From: Octopus bimaculoides
Lineage: Eukaryota
Length of the DNA stretch: 64,000 nucleotides
Assembly (NCBI RefSeq): GCF_001194135.2
Contig: NC_068981.1
Location: 1,051,922-1,115,921, forward strand
Reading direction: 5' to 3'
Positions within the stretch are counted from its first letter, which is position 1; each line of letters begins with the position of its first letter. Shown one piece after another: positions 38,568-52,465 of the stretch. The notes beneath the pieces were generated by a model. It saw nothing but the letters and a program-made list of their open reading frames with translations, searched no databases and was not told the origin of the DNA. Position numbers and translations under genes: made by a program.

Positions 38568-39721
38568 ACAACAAACAAGATGAGGACAAATATCCATCAA
38601 ATGTAAATGATGTAAATANNNNNNNNNNNNNNNNNNNNNNNNNNNNNNNNNNNNNNNNNNNNNNNNNNNNNNNNNNNNNNNNNNNNNNNNNNNNNNNNNN
38701 NNNNNNNNNNNNNNNNNNNNNNNNNNNNNNNNNNNNNNNNNNNNNNNNNNNNNNNNNNNNNNNNNNNNNNNNNNNNNNNNNNNNNNNNNNNNNNNNNNNN
38801 NNNNNNNNNNNNNNNNNNNNNNNNNNNNNNNNNNNNNNNNNNNNNNNNNNNNNNNNNNNNNNNNNNNNNNNNNNNNNNNNNNNNNNNNNNNNNNNNNNNN
38901 NNNNNNNNNNNNNNNNNNNNNNNNNNNNNNNNNNNNNNNNNNNNNNNNNNNNNNNNNNNNNNNNNNNNNNNNNNNNNNNNNNNNNNNNNNNNNNNNNNNN
39001 NNNNNNNNNNNNNNNNNNNNNNNNNNNNNNNNNNNNNNNNNNNNNNNNNNNNNNNNNNNNNNNNNNNNNNNNNNNNNNNNNNNNNNNNNNNNNNNNNNNN
39101 NNNNNNNNNNNNNNNNNNNNNNNNNNNNNNNNNNNNNNNNNNNNTGTATTGAAAAGTGTTGAATTGCCACGACCACAACTATCACCACTACAATCACAGA
39201 TTCACAAGAAGGCTTGAATGTGGTTACTCGACTTCTTAGAAATAGCAGCCATATTGCCTTCAATATCATAACACCCTATCATTTTAAAATACAGACGCAG
39301 GAGTAGCTGTGTGGTAAGAAGCTTGCTTATCAACCGCATGTTTCTGGGTTCAGTCCCACTTAGCGGTTCGGCAAAAGAGACCAGTAGAATAAGTACTAGG
39401 CTTACAAAGAATAAGTCCTGGGGTCGATTCGTTCGACTAAAGACAGTGCTCCAGCATGGCCGCAGTCAAATTACTGAAACAAGTAAAAGAGAAAAGAGTA
39501 TATAGTTGGAGATATGGCTGTGTGGTAAGAAGCTTGCTTTTCAACTAGATGGTTCCAGGTTCAGTCCCACTGCATAGCATCTTCGGCGTCTTCTACAGTA
39601 ACTTCGGTCTGACCAATGCCTTGTGATTGGATTTGGTAGATAGAAACTGAAAGAAGCCCATTTTGTACATATGTGTGTGAGTGTCTGTGTTCATCTCCTG
39701 TTACCACTTAACTGGTGTTGG

Positions 39722-40400
39722 TGCTCTATGGGGTTTAGGTCTGGACTTAGGGCAAGCCATGGCAGTGTCTGGATGTTGCACTGTTGGAGGAAGTCTGTTG
39801 TCAACCTGATAGTATGGGCACAGGTGTTGTTGCGTTGGAACACGTGATTCCAATGAAGGTCAATGTATTGCACACTGTGAGGCCTCAACACTTGGTCAAT
39901 ATGGTGAGCAGTGCTTACTCCATTGCCCTGGTCTTGGTTGATGTTTTGGAAGCCCACTGATCCAAGTTTCTGGCTGAGTGCAATCCCGCTCCATACCATG
40001 ATGCTCTGTCCTCCCCATGAATCTCTCCATCACACAGCCACTGGCATGACGTTCACCTCTTCTCCTAACCCTAGCTCTGCCATCTGCCACAGAAATGTAA
40101 TATCTACTTTCGTCAGAGAAGACTAGTCCTCCACTGCTGATGTTGTCAGTCTTGACGTTTTTGAGCCCACTGCAGACGTACCCGTCGATGACGATCTGTG
40201 AGGATGGGGGACCCCTAGCTGGACTTCGGTGAGACAGGTTGAAAGATCTCAGCTAGCAGCAAACTCTCTACACACTTAGAATATGTTAGAACCTGTGTAG
40301 TGTTGTTGGTGCTGTGTAGAGATGTTGTTGATGAGAGACATGATGGTGGCAACGAAGATGGAGGTCGCTGGAACTGGCTCTTGTGTGGTCAGTGGTTAGA
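39722..40400 (-). mobile_element. Degenerate Tc1-family transposase fragment
   Basis: FSDES...MADGRARVRRRGER, MVWSGI, FQRNNTCAH and LPWLALSPDLNPIEH motifs across frameshifts. Confidence 0.88.
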
Positions 40401-43400
40401 CCTTAGAAGGTTGGGAACCAACAGACCTTGAGACTAGAAGGAGGTGAGTTTTTATACCTAATGGTAGGCTCAAAATTGGAGTTTAGAACAGACTGTATCA
40501 TCTGATTTATTTGGAGGCTGTGATTGGTTAGGTGGTATATTGGCACGCAATAGAGTAAGAGACAAATTGCGCCAGTACCAACCAATCAGAGTGGTGGACA
40601 CAACGGGGTCCAAACAGCAGCCAAAGGTTAGCTGTTATCTGCTACGTTCGATTGTATGTATATTTAATAGAGAGAGGAAGTTCACTACAGTATATTACAT
40701 TTAAGGAAGGGGACAACCAAATGTCATGCTATGCCATGTGATCATTATCATAAGTAAGGTAGTGAGTTGACTGAATTGTTAGCATGCCGGACAAAATGCT
40801 TAGCGGCATTTCGTCCGTCCCTTTAAGTACTGAATTCAAATTCTGCCAAGGTAGACTTTACCTTTCATCCTTTACGTTACGCACTGGAGTCGCTGCAATT
40901 AACGAGACTCCTCCTACAAAATTTCAAGCCTTGTGAAAGGATTATTACCCAAAGTGTCCAACAGAGTTAGTTGATCAAGGGACGGGGCCGTTTAGCAGCA
41001 TTATAGGTACCCGGGTAAACCAATGCACTGGACCCGATAGTAATATTTATTTGACAGTAAGGCATAGTATTCATCGATTAGCATTAGACTTATGAGGATC
41101 CCGGGTAACTACTTGTGTACCCATGGCCTAAGACGGCACTGACCTGGAACAAACAACACATTCGTCGTTGCTTCGGCGCAATTCTTTTACTATTTCCCTT
41201 ACAAATATCGAAAGTTTTCTGCTACATGTTATGGGTGCTCTCTTCCCCGTCTGACTAAATCATTAAAAAAAAATTACTGAAAAAACATTTAAAATAACGT
41301 TTGATTAAGGACCTCGTCGCTTTGTCTAGGTAAAATTCGTTTAAAGGAAGTTTTTATTTTCATTCCATGGGCTTAATTGCAAGGGAAGACTGTATATGGA
41401 AGCCCGCCTTTGAGTTCATTTCTTTTATGTTACTTATTTACGGAGAGATTTTAACTAGGAATTAAGAAAAAAAGGTGTGTTGAATTCCACTAACAGAATC
41501 GATCAATGGGAAAATGGTTTCAGGTTTATAAGGACGAAGAAATAAGATTCAGCGGAGTTCCTGTCTTTCTGGGAGTGTTTTAGCCACACTGAAATAAAAT
41601 GCCGACAACTGAACAAAGAAACCGCGTGGTTTTCATCGTTTGGAAATCTTACATTTTATAACACATACCTTTTCTCTTTCTCTCATCTATTTTCCCTCCC
41701 GTTTCCTTTTCTCTCTATCCCCTTCTCTCTCTCTCCGGCTCTTCTACCTGACTCGCTATCTTGCCCCTCCTCTCCACTCACTCTCTCTGTCAAACTAAGT
41801 CTCTCTTATTTTCCCTTTATCTCTGTTTCATCCTCTCTTTCTCTGTCCCTTTAGACTTATTCTTATTCTCCCTTCAGCCTGTCTCTCTCCCTGTATTTCT
41901 GTTTCCTTTTTCTTTCTTCCTCTCTCATTACTGCTCTCTGTCTCTTTTTTCTTTCTTACTTACACTCTCTATCTTACTCCGTCTCTCACATCACTGTATC
42001 ACTCCGTCAGTCTCACTCTCTCTCCATCCTCATCATATTAACTTTCTCTCTCTCTCTCTCTCTCTCTCACTGCTCGTATTAACCAATCCCGGTTCTTAAC
42101 GTGTCATCTTAGTTAGCGAGCGAGTAGACTACAATTGAATACACTGATTACGGATGATCAGTGGGGCAACAATTTTCGAAGCGCCAAAACCGATCATTCG
42201 CAATATTGCATTCTTGTACAATTTCCATCATTAAATTTTATTTACTCAATATAATTTGAATTTATTGGTGGGGAGGGGGAAAAACATCCACAATACAGCA
42301 AACAAACGTTACATTAAAAAAGAAACAGTAAACAAAAGCTTTTACAAATTAGATATCTTCTGTAGCGAATAATCTAGAAGTGAAAATGTTCTCCGTTTAT
42401 TCGTTCGGGTTTTTACATAATTCTGATCAATAGCCGCAAATATTCACAAAGCCGGTGCTTAACCCTGGTTTCTGTAACGGTTGAACGTATGAGAGTTAAA
42501 TCTCTTGTTAGTTTTCTCTGGTAGACAAATTTAATTTCATATGAAAACCAATAAATTATAGCGATATTATTTCCAATGAATGATTCTCTATGAGGTCGCC
42601 CCCCACCCATGCTTTGAAATAGCAGCCAAATTGCCCTCAGATACGTTTGTGATAATAAAAAAAAACGACAAATAATAGCGGCTGGAATAGTTTTTTTTTT
42701 TTTTTACAATAACGAGGAAGTCTTTGGTTACTCGACCTCGTACGAATAGCAACCAAAATTGCCGAAAATTGCATCCTACCATCTTAAATAATTCTTTCTA
42801 ATTTTGGAACAAGTCCAGCAACTTGGAGGGTAAGAGTTTAGTCGATTACATCAACCTCAGTGCTCAACTGGTACTTATTTTATCGACCCCGAAAGAGTGA
42901 AAGGCAAAGTTGACCTCGACGGAATTGAACTCAGAATGTAAAGGGACGGAAAATATAACAATAAGCATTTTAATCATACGTATTACCAATTCTACCACCT
43001 CGTTGTCTACATAACATCTTGTATAACAAGTGGACACATTTAATAATGTGATCCTACAAACTGCTAAGACGAGGTGGTTATGGGTGGATTGTCTTTTATC
43101 AGGATTCAGCTGAGGCTTTACGACAACTTAAACAGGTGAATTCGTCCATCGAGTGCCTGATTCATGGATATTTCTACGTCATATTATAATCCATATCCTT
43201 CCTGTCCAGTCGAACATCCATGCTCTTACATTATTGAATACTGTGTTACTTCTAAAGAGACTTTCAGCATCGGTTAATTAGCTTATTAATTAATGCTTCA
43301 TACATTAAACATATTGATGCTAATTTTATCTTTGCCAAGCATTTAGAATTCTTGAGCTTCAGGCTAGGAGTGATTATAAACAATTGGCATTTCATTAACG

Positions 43401-46400
43401 ATGGTAAAAACACCTAATGTAAAATCTGGTCGTTACTTGTCTGCTTGCTTTTCAGTAAGATGGCGGTCGATTGGCACAGTCAGTGAGCATTGACAAACGT
43501 TTTGCAGTATTATGGCATTTTACTTCTTGAGTTCAAATCCAGCTGAGGTCAACTTACCTTTTCATCATTCCGGAGTCCATAAAATAAAACACCAGGGAAA
43601 CGCTGGAGCCGATTTAATCGACACTCACCCAACTTAATTTCTGGTCTTGTGTCTAATAGATATAACACTTTACTTTCTGAGGTCAAATCATGCAGAGACC
43701 AACTTTACTTGTTATCCTTCCAGTGCCGAAAAGAAAAGTTTTTTCAGCATCGGAAGTACTAAGCTCAGATTAATCGATGGTACATTCATCCAAAATTTAT
43801 GACTTTGTGTTTAGAAATTAATAATTAATATTGTTATTTAATTTCCGCTCAGCTTTAATCTTGCATATCCATTATGATCAAAGACATTCCAACCACGATT
43901 ATCTCGCCTTTATCCTGGTTGTAAAGAACCCAGAATCACATTATTTAGTTTGTTCCTTTCTAAGATGGTAGGAGCGTGTTGAGTTGTCTGGATTTCAACT
44001 TCCGAAGTCCATTTCCCATTCATCTCACTGATTTACGAACGTGTAACCAGTACCGTCAAAAGGCATGGGTACACTGGGCAGTTGATCAATGATCCCTCAG
44101 GTCTAGGGGTCTAATTCTGACCCATTTATTCTTTGCTTTGCTGTCAATAAATACTATAGGGCCGTGTACATGGCGCGATACAATCTTCCAGAATCGTCTT
44201 GTGCGGTATAAGAAACCACTTTTGGCGGTAGTTAATTGCAGTATGTTGAAGCAGTTGTGCAATATGTGTCTCCATTCTTGCCACACCAGACGGCTCAGAC
44301 AGATAACCTGGAATCTCCTTTGCCACGAATATAACAACTGTTTCCACTTACGTTGGGCCAACCATATGTTACTGTATCAGTAGCTTGCCGTAAATTCCAA
44401 ACATAATATCTCTCCAGTATGTAATAATTGTTGTAATTTGTAAAAGACCAATGCAATTTGTCTTTATGTGCAACAATAAGATTTTCCGTTAAATGTTTGT
44501 GGGTGTTGTTCAATTACTTCTTGTAGTCACCACCACAGACCAGCCAATAAATATCCAAGGGACGAAAGTATAGTATACATGGCAGATGTAGCATGTATGT
44601 AAGGAAGCGATTTGCGTCGACCAGAATGCCTTTACAGCATTCGTTCAGGTTTTGAGCTCCAGTCTCCATGAAGTCAACTTTTCCGTTAATCCTTTCGAGA
44701 TCGATCAATAAAATAATAGTTCATTGCTGGTGACATGTTCATAGCTAAAGAGAGATTTACTTAAAATATTTAGGATTTCAAAATGGTGCTCCAACGACTT
44801 CAGGCTCTATGGTAGTTTCGAATTTAAACACACACCATCATAGTTCTGTGTACGCACGTGTGTACGAATGTGTGTGTGTGTATATATAAATGGGTATATG
44901 GGTGCGTGTGTTATCAGAATATTCTACTAATAGGTGTGTTCGAGTGTTAGACATGGAACAAAATCAGTGACATTATCTAAGATTTTTGGCGTAAAGAAAC
45001 GAATTTGAATGTTATGCTTAGAACCAGACTTACTCTCATGGCAGGGATTTTAGGAGGATTGAAAACAGAGTGAACAAAAGGCTGTGTTTAATAAAAATTG
45101 GGGAGGCGGTTTTAAAACACCGGTGTTTGTCAAACATTATGAGGAACAAACAAGAATAATGTGGACAGAAACTCTATTCTGTGTTCTCATTAATAAAGAG
45201 GGTATCAGAAATTTTTTTTATCAATATTTGAGCCCGTTACTGTTAATTTGAGAATAACGGGCTGAAACATCTTTAACTATGGAAGGAAATTAGAGTCACA
45301 ATCGAAATTGTTTAGAATGAAACTAATGAAGATTTATAAATGTATTATTCATTATATAATTTTATAGCGAATTGGTGGCTAAACATCAAAAAATAAATGC
45401 GTGGTAATTAAGAACTCAATAAACTCGTAATTAAGAACTCGTAAAAACTCCAACACGTTATTACATTGCAGTAATTCCAAGTGCGACCGCCTAGAATGTC
45501 TCTATATAATCGGCTAAAACGATCCTATAGAGCAACATATTTAGAGTAAAAGCAGAAAAGCAAAAATCTCACATATAGTTCATATTTTAATTGTGCTCAA
45601 CAGCTGTTTCGTTAGGATAAACATTATTAATTCCGTAATTATGCAATTACGCTAATTCAATTAAATTAAACTCATTAAAGAGTGCTGTTTATCGAAATCG
45701 TCAGGAGTATTATGTCAAAATATAAGAACATTTACAAAACTTTAAATTTTCACTGGTCCACCTAGTTATTTATTAAACTAATAATTTTTTTTTTCTTTTC
45801 TAACGGCATGATTTTAGGTACGTTATGCTGGTTCCGAATTGTCTTTAATGCATTGTTTATATTTCTTATGTATTAGGGGCACACATGTCTGTGTGATGAG
45901 GAAGCTAGCTTTACATCCACGGGGTTTCAGGTTAAGTCCCACTTCGTGGCACCTTGGGCAAGTGTCTTCTACTATAGCCCAGGGCTGACCAAAGCCTTGT
46001 GAGTGGTTCTGGTAGACAGAAGCTCGCGAAAGTTCATCATATGTATGTTTGTTTGTTCAGTGTTATTTGAAGATTTCTTGCCAATAGAGAAAGAGCCGGT
46101 TTCTAACCTAAATACAAGGTTCCTTCATTGGAATTTCAACATCGACAACAGGGTATTTTTGTATGTATGTATGGATGGATGGATGGATGGATGGATGGAT
46201 GGATGGATAAATGGATGTGGATGTACGTGTGTGTCCGTATACTTTTGCTATTTTTTGTTTCTTTCAATTCAGCAGAGATCGTTGCAATTGTGGCAGGGCT
46301 CTATGTCACATCAAATCTCAATGTAATGACAATTCACTTTCATTCCCCCCCCCACACACACACTCACTACACTGATGAAGAGCCTTACTTTGCGAGCCAC

Positions 46401-49385
46401 TCCATTGTGTTGGATTTTATAACTCAATCAATGAAAAGCAGACGATGAAAAACTTCCTTTCACACGCACACGCACCCACACCCACACCCACGCGCGCGCA
46501 CGCACACACACACACACCATAAAAATCTTTCCTTCATAGTCGCACATGCTACGAAAAACTTACTTCAGAGACACACGCATAAACTATGAACATCTCCTTC
46601 ACATATTATAAGACTATTAAAAGAAAGCAGTCGCATACACCTCCATGACTTCGCTTTGCTGACGTCACTCGACATCTTGATTTTCTACATTCATTGCGAC
46701 GCACACACAATACAGCACGCTACACATAACGAATACATCGCTCTCTACGTATATGTACATTATCATTTAATTGTTCACATACACACTGGCTATCAAAGAC
46801 GTGCATAAGCAGTACAATGAGGCGGACTGTGTAAAATGTTTTCCCGTGCAAGCTTGATCATGTCAATGTATTGTTTAAAACATTTTATTCACAGACAATT
46901 TTGACGACCACTTTAATCCATACAATATTTAAAGATTTTAAACTCAGTTACATTCGTATTAACCTTTTCATTGTCGCGAGGTGGCTTCGTTGATGTGATG
47001 TGGAGCTGATAAAAAATGAAGATGTATTTTGTTGGTGTGTGAATAATGACTAGCAACAGGCGAAAATTTAACTGCAATATTTATTGCTGGGCTTAAAGAT
47101 GTGTGGTGTTGGCTGTTCACAATGAACAACATTAATAATAGCTGACTGGGAGAGAGAGAGAGAGAGAGATACAGCTCTGAACTTATAGAAAGCTATCTAT
47201 GTGACAACATGCGGTCGTTCCAGGAATATATGAAGTCAAGCTGTGCAAATCTCCGAGGCAACAGAAGGTTCTTAGCTGTCTATATGGCAAGAGTGGAGGC
47301 ACGGGCCATTCATCTGCTTTAAACACTCTGCGATTTAATGACCGCTAAAAACGGCTTTTAGATGGGGCAAGAGGTTTTGTTCTAGAACACTTGAAGAACC
47401 ATATCACGCCACAGCCTCATGTCGATCACGGGAAACTATGGTGGTTTACTCGTGGTGTCTGAGCGGTTAGATTTTGAATCGCTGCTTTACAATGTTCTAG
47501 AAAGATGAATTGTATTTTGACTTCGCACAATTTTATCATTTTGTTCTTATTGCTGCCGCCGCCGCTTCTTTCTCTCTTTATTTTATCATTTGCCCAACCT
47601 TTGTTCTGTTCAACAATTTCTTCATACATTAATTTGACACTGTAGAACATAGAAACTTCTGAGTACATTCACAAATACTTTCATGTAAACTATTTCGGGA
47701 TTGTACTTGTCTGACAAATAACTTGTTCTGTTGCCGTTTTTCGAAACTGAAGCAAACTACTTGCAGAATCATTTTTACTTCAAAGATATTCACTTCTCTT
47801 TTATTTCTTGAGATGTGAACATTTCCATACAATTCTGGTCACCGACCCACTTACACAGTCATAGTTCCAAAGAACTGCAGTGAACGTAACAATTTTGTTT
47901 GTGTTTTTAGGTGGTTAAAATGACTATTTCTGCGATGTAATTGCTATACAATTGTGTAATTTTCACGTATTATTCTAATTTCACAAGAGGCGGCGAGCTA
48001 GTAGAACCATTATCAAACCAGTTGACATACTTGGCGGTATTTTATCTGTATTTCTGAGTGCAGAAAGTCAGATGAAATTCTGAGTTCAAATTCCACCCAA
48101 GTCGACTTTGCCTTTCATCCTTTCGGGGTCAATGAAATAAATACTCGTTGCGCACTGGAGTTGATGTAATCGATTGCGCCTCCCATAAAACTTCAGGCCT
48201 TGTGCTTATAGTAGAAAGTATTCTTCTAGTTTCATTAAAGTTCAAATTCTGTTGAGGTCGACTTTATCTTTCATCGTTTTGGGGTCGATAAAATAAGTAC
48301 CAGTTGAGTACTGGAGCTGATGTAACCGACTGGCCCCCTCCTCGCAAAAACTCGCACGGATGTTGAAGAGTGTCGTTGTGGACTGATTTGTGATGGTGAC
48401 TGGTTGAGTCAATGAATGAAAATGTGTTTCTAGGGCTGTATGAGAGAAGTAACTGAACAACATCGTGAACATTTAACAAGATTTTGTTGTCGCACGTAAA
48501 GATAAACTGCGTTGGCCTTTTTCAGATAACAACAGCAATAATTACATGCTAGGCGTGAGATACTGCTTGGTGTTTACGGCAAGCTATTGATACGGCAACA
48601 CGCATCTTGCCCAGCATAACTGGAAACAATTGTGCTATATTCGTGATGGCACAGGTTCCTGTCATCTATCTGCGCCATCTGTCACAGCTTTACTTCCTGG
48701 GTCGTCTGGCTGGTAAAAAACAAAAAAAACAAAAACATGCCGAACAGTTTTTATAGGGAAGTAGAAGTCGAAACCTGTCCACGCCATCGCTTCACGCTGA
48801 GTGGTCGGTTAACAAACCGATCACGTGAATCTGTGGTGGTTTTCTCGTGATGTTTGACCGCGTGTCCAAGGATTCAGTTTTGAATCACTGCTACACGCAA
48901 TTATTTATAGCCATAACTACTTCAAGTTCAACCGTAGCAAACGAATTATTCCACGTCTCTGGAAGATTCCAAATTCTTATAACTAATGTTTGTTTTTAAA
49001 CATTTTATTTTTATTTTTAGATATATTTTATATAAAAATGAAATATTGAGAACTTATACATTGGATTATTGTAGATTATCGACTCTTGTAGTTTCAACAC
49101 TGTGTTATAACATGGTATTATAGGTTAAGAATGAGGTGGACTGACAGAATTGCGCGTCGAACAAAATGCGTTTTTATAGTTGTGTCACTCTGAGTTCAAA
49201 TCCACTGCAGTCAACATTGTCTTTCATCCTTCTGGAATCGATAAAATAAAGTACGAGTTAAGTACTGGGGTCGATGTAATCAATTTTCACTCAAACCTTA
49301 AATTGCCATATGCCTAGATTAGAAACCCTTCGAAAATTCTCAAGATAATTTAAACCAAAATTCGACACGTGTAAAGTAACGTCAT

Positions 49386-49794
49386 AGGCGCAGGAGTGGT
49401 TGTGTGGTAAGTAGCTTGCTTACGAACCACATGGTTCCAGGTTCAGTCCCACTACGTGGCACCTTGGGCAAGTGTCTTCTACTATAGCCTCGGGCCGGCC
49501 AAAGCTTTGTGAGTGGATTTGGTAGACGGAAACTGAAAGAAGCCCGTCGTATATATATATATATATATATATGTATGCGTGTGTATATGCTTGTGTGTCT
49601 GTGTTTGTCCCCCCAGCATCGCTTGACAACCGATGGTGGTGCGTTTACGTTCCCGTAACTTAGCAGTTCAGCAAAAGAGGCCGATAGAATAAGTACTAGG
49701 CTTACAAAGAATAAGTCCTGGGGTCGATTTGCTCGACTAAAAGCGGTGCACCAGCATGGCCGCAGTCAAATGACTGAAACAAGTAAGTAAAGAG
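49386..49794 (+). mobile_element. tRNA-headed SINE family A, full copy with an internal (TA)n/(TG)n tract (also 4360-4900 minus, 22958-23330, 56810-57163, 57960-58300 and many partial copies)
   Basis: Head gtggctgtgtggtaag...ggttcagtccc, CORE-like ccttgggcaagtg block, microsatellite, conserved 3' body ending gactgaaacaagtaaaagag. Confidence 0.85.
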
Positions 49795-50441
49795 AGCATA
49801 ATATGAAATTTTACGATAATTTAATGCGACATTTTCACTTTTGACGATGTCGAATGAGGTGAATTGTTGATGTACATCCACAACTGGAATACATTTAAAC
49901 AGATATCTGGATCTGCTCAAAACAGATCTGCCATGCGACTAAACAATAACATTGCACAAGAAAAAGAAACTTTCCAAATCAATATCTTTGTCTTTAAGGT
50001 CTTCCATATTAGATTTTACATACTCCTGATGTTAAAAAAGCCTTTAAGGTCTTCCATATTAAATTTTAGCCGCCCCTGCTGTTAAAAAGAAGGAAAAAAA
50101 ACCCCTCAAAGTTTTGTTAAAGTGAAATTATCTCAGTGCACAGATGTGCAACCTATTCCCCCCATCACGAGATGCCTATCTTGTCTGTGACCAACTAAAT
50201 AAAACCAAATATCGATATTGAATTGAAACTAGAATAACAAACAAACTACAATATTTCAGAGACAACGTATGGAATTAATTTTAAGCTCGCTTTGCAACCA
50301 CGTGATTTCAGGTTCAATCTCACTGCATGGCACCCTGAGTGAGAGTCTATCATAGCTCCGAACCAACCAATGAGTTGTGAGTGAATTTGGCAGACAGACA
50401 CTGTATGGAATCTGCACACAACACACACACACACACACACA

Positions 50442-50510
<69 letters not shown>

Positions 50511-51859
50511 GCGTGCGCGTGTTTGCATGTGCCGCTTTGTGTCTGTGTTTGTTACCGTTTGACAACCGGTGTTCGTTTGTTTACGTCTCTGCAACTAAGC
50601 TGTTCAACATGAATGTGCTGAAGAGACATGAATAACTCCGGCATCTACCAAATCCACTCACACGGTTTTGGTTAGCCTGAGGTTAGGGTAGAAGACACTA
50701 GACTGCTGATTAATAGCCCAGTCAAGATGGTATTTTCTTCATCTCTTACTCTTGTATTTGCACACATCTATAAAATGGCTTTCTGAAATGAACTTCCATT
50801 ATGCAGCTGAGGAGTACATTTTCATTGCACAACTTATGTGGTGTTCTCACTGCATAAATAAATGAAGTTTGTACGAAACGTACGTACTGCTATAACGTAA
50901 TGCATTTTTGTTGCTCTTCTTCNNNNNNNNNNNNNNNNNNNNNNNNNNNNNNNNNNNNNNNNNNNNNNNNNNNNNNNNNNNNNNNNNNNNNNNNNNNNNN
51001 NNNNNNNNNNNNNNNNNNNNNNNNNNNNNNNNNNNNNNNNNNNNNNNNNNNNNNNNNNNNNNNNNNNNNNNNNNNNNNNNNNNNNNNNNNNNNNNNNNNN
51101 NNNNNNNNNNNNNNNNNNNNNNNNNNNNNNNNNNNNNNNNNNNNNNNNNNNNNNNNNNNNNNNNNNNNNNNNNNNNNNNNNNNNNNNNNNNNNNNNNNNN
51201 NNNNNNNNNNNNNNNNNNNNNNNNNNNNNNNNNNNNNNNNNNNNNNNNNNNNNNNNNNNNNNNNNNNNNNNNNNNNNNNNNNNNNNNNNNNNNNNNNNNN
51301 NNNNNNNNNNNNNNNNNNNNNNNNNNNNNNNNNNNNNNNNNNNNNNNNNNNNNNNNNNNNNNNNNNNNNNNNNNNNNNNNNNNNNNNNNNNNNNNNNNNN
51401 NNNNNNNNNNNNNNNNNNNNNNNNNNNNNNNNNNNNNNNNNNNNNNNNNNNNNNNNNNNNNNNNNNNNNNNNNNNNNNNNNNNNNNNNNNNNNNNNNNNN
51501 NNNNNNNNNNNNNNNNNNNNNNNNNNNNNNNNNNNNNNNNNNNNNNNNNNNNNNNNNNNNNNNNNNNNNNNNNNNNNNNNNNNNNNNNNNNNNNNNNNNN
51601 NNNNNNNNNNNNNNNNNNNNNNNNNNNNNNNNNNNNNNNNNNNNNNNNNNNNNNNNNNNNNNNNNNNNNNNNNNNNNNNNNNNNNNNNNNNNNNNNNNNN
51701 NNNNNNNNNNNNNNNNNNNNNNNNNNNNNNNNNNNNNNNNNNNNNNNNNNNNNNNNNNNNNNNNNNNNNNNNNNNNNNNNNNNNNNNNNNNNNNNNNNNN
51801 NNGGACCACAGAAATCAACCGTTTTTTTTCATTCTCTCTCTGTTTATTTTCTCTTATTC

Positions 51860-51895
51860 CTTTCTGTTAGAGAGCGTAGGCTCGAAACGTAAAAG
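51860..51895 (+). ncRNA. Second hammerhead-like motif with degenerate core
   Basis: CUUU/AAAG stem I; CUGUUAGA in place of CUGANGA(A); GAGC-GUAG-GCUC stem II; GAAA; ACGU palindrome; GUA triplet. Confidence 0.4.
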
Positions 51896-52023
51896 ACTTT
51901 TCCATTTTCCCGAGCGTCAAACGAATACACTTGATTGTTGTTCTTACATCTGTCTTCGTCTTTGTAAAGCCACGCAGCTTTTGTCAACAGTAAGTTTTTA
52001 CATTTATATATGTGTGTGTATGT

Positions 52024-52058
<35 letters not shown>

Positions 52059-52423
52059 ACGTGTGTATCTTTGTGTCTGTTTTTGTGCCCCACCCCGCCC
52101 AACGCTTGACGACCGATGTTGGCGTATTTACCTCTCCATAACCTAGCGGTTCAGCTGAAGAGACCGATAGAATAAGTATCGGACTTACACAGAATAAGTC
52201 CAGGGGTTGATTTCTTTGACTAAAAGGCAGTGCTCCAGCATGGCCGTAGTCAAATGAAACGAGTAAAAGAATATGTATGTATGTATATATGAGATCCTAT
52301 ATGTATATATATTAGATAATAGAACGAATGGTTTATACCTGGTAGTATACTGGTAAAGCATGGACGAAACAATTGTAGTGGTTAATAAAAATCTCGAATC
52401 CTCCATCTTCCGTCTTTCCTTTA

Positions 52424-52465
<42 letters not shown>

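Noticed and set aside
46368-46400. CTGATGAAGAGC as a further hammerhead core
   Set aside because: No stem II closure or GAAA follows.
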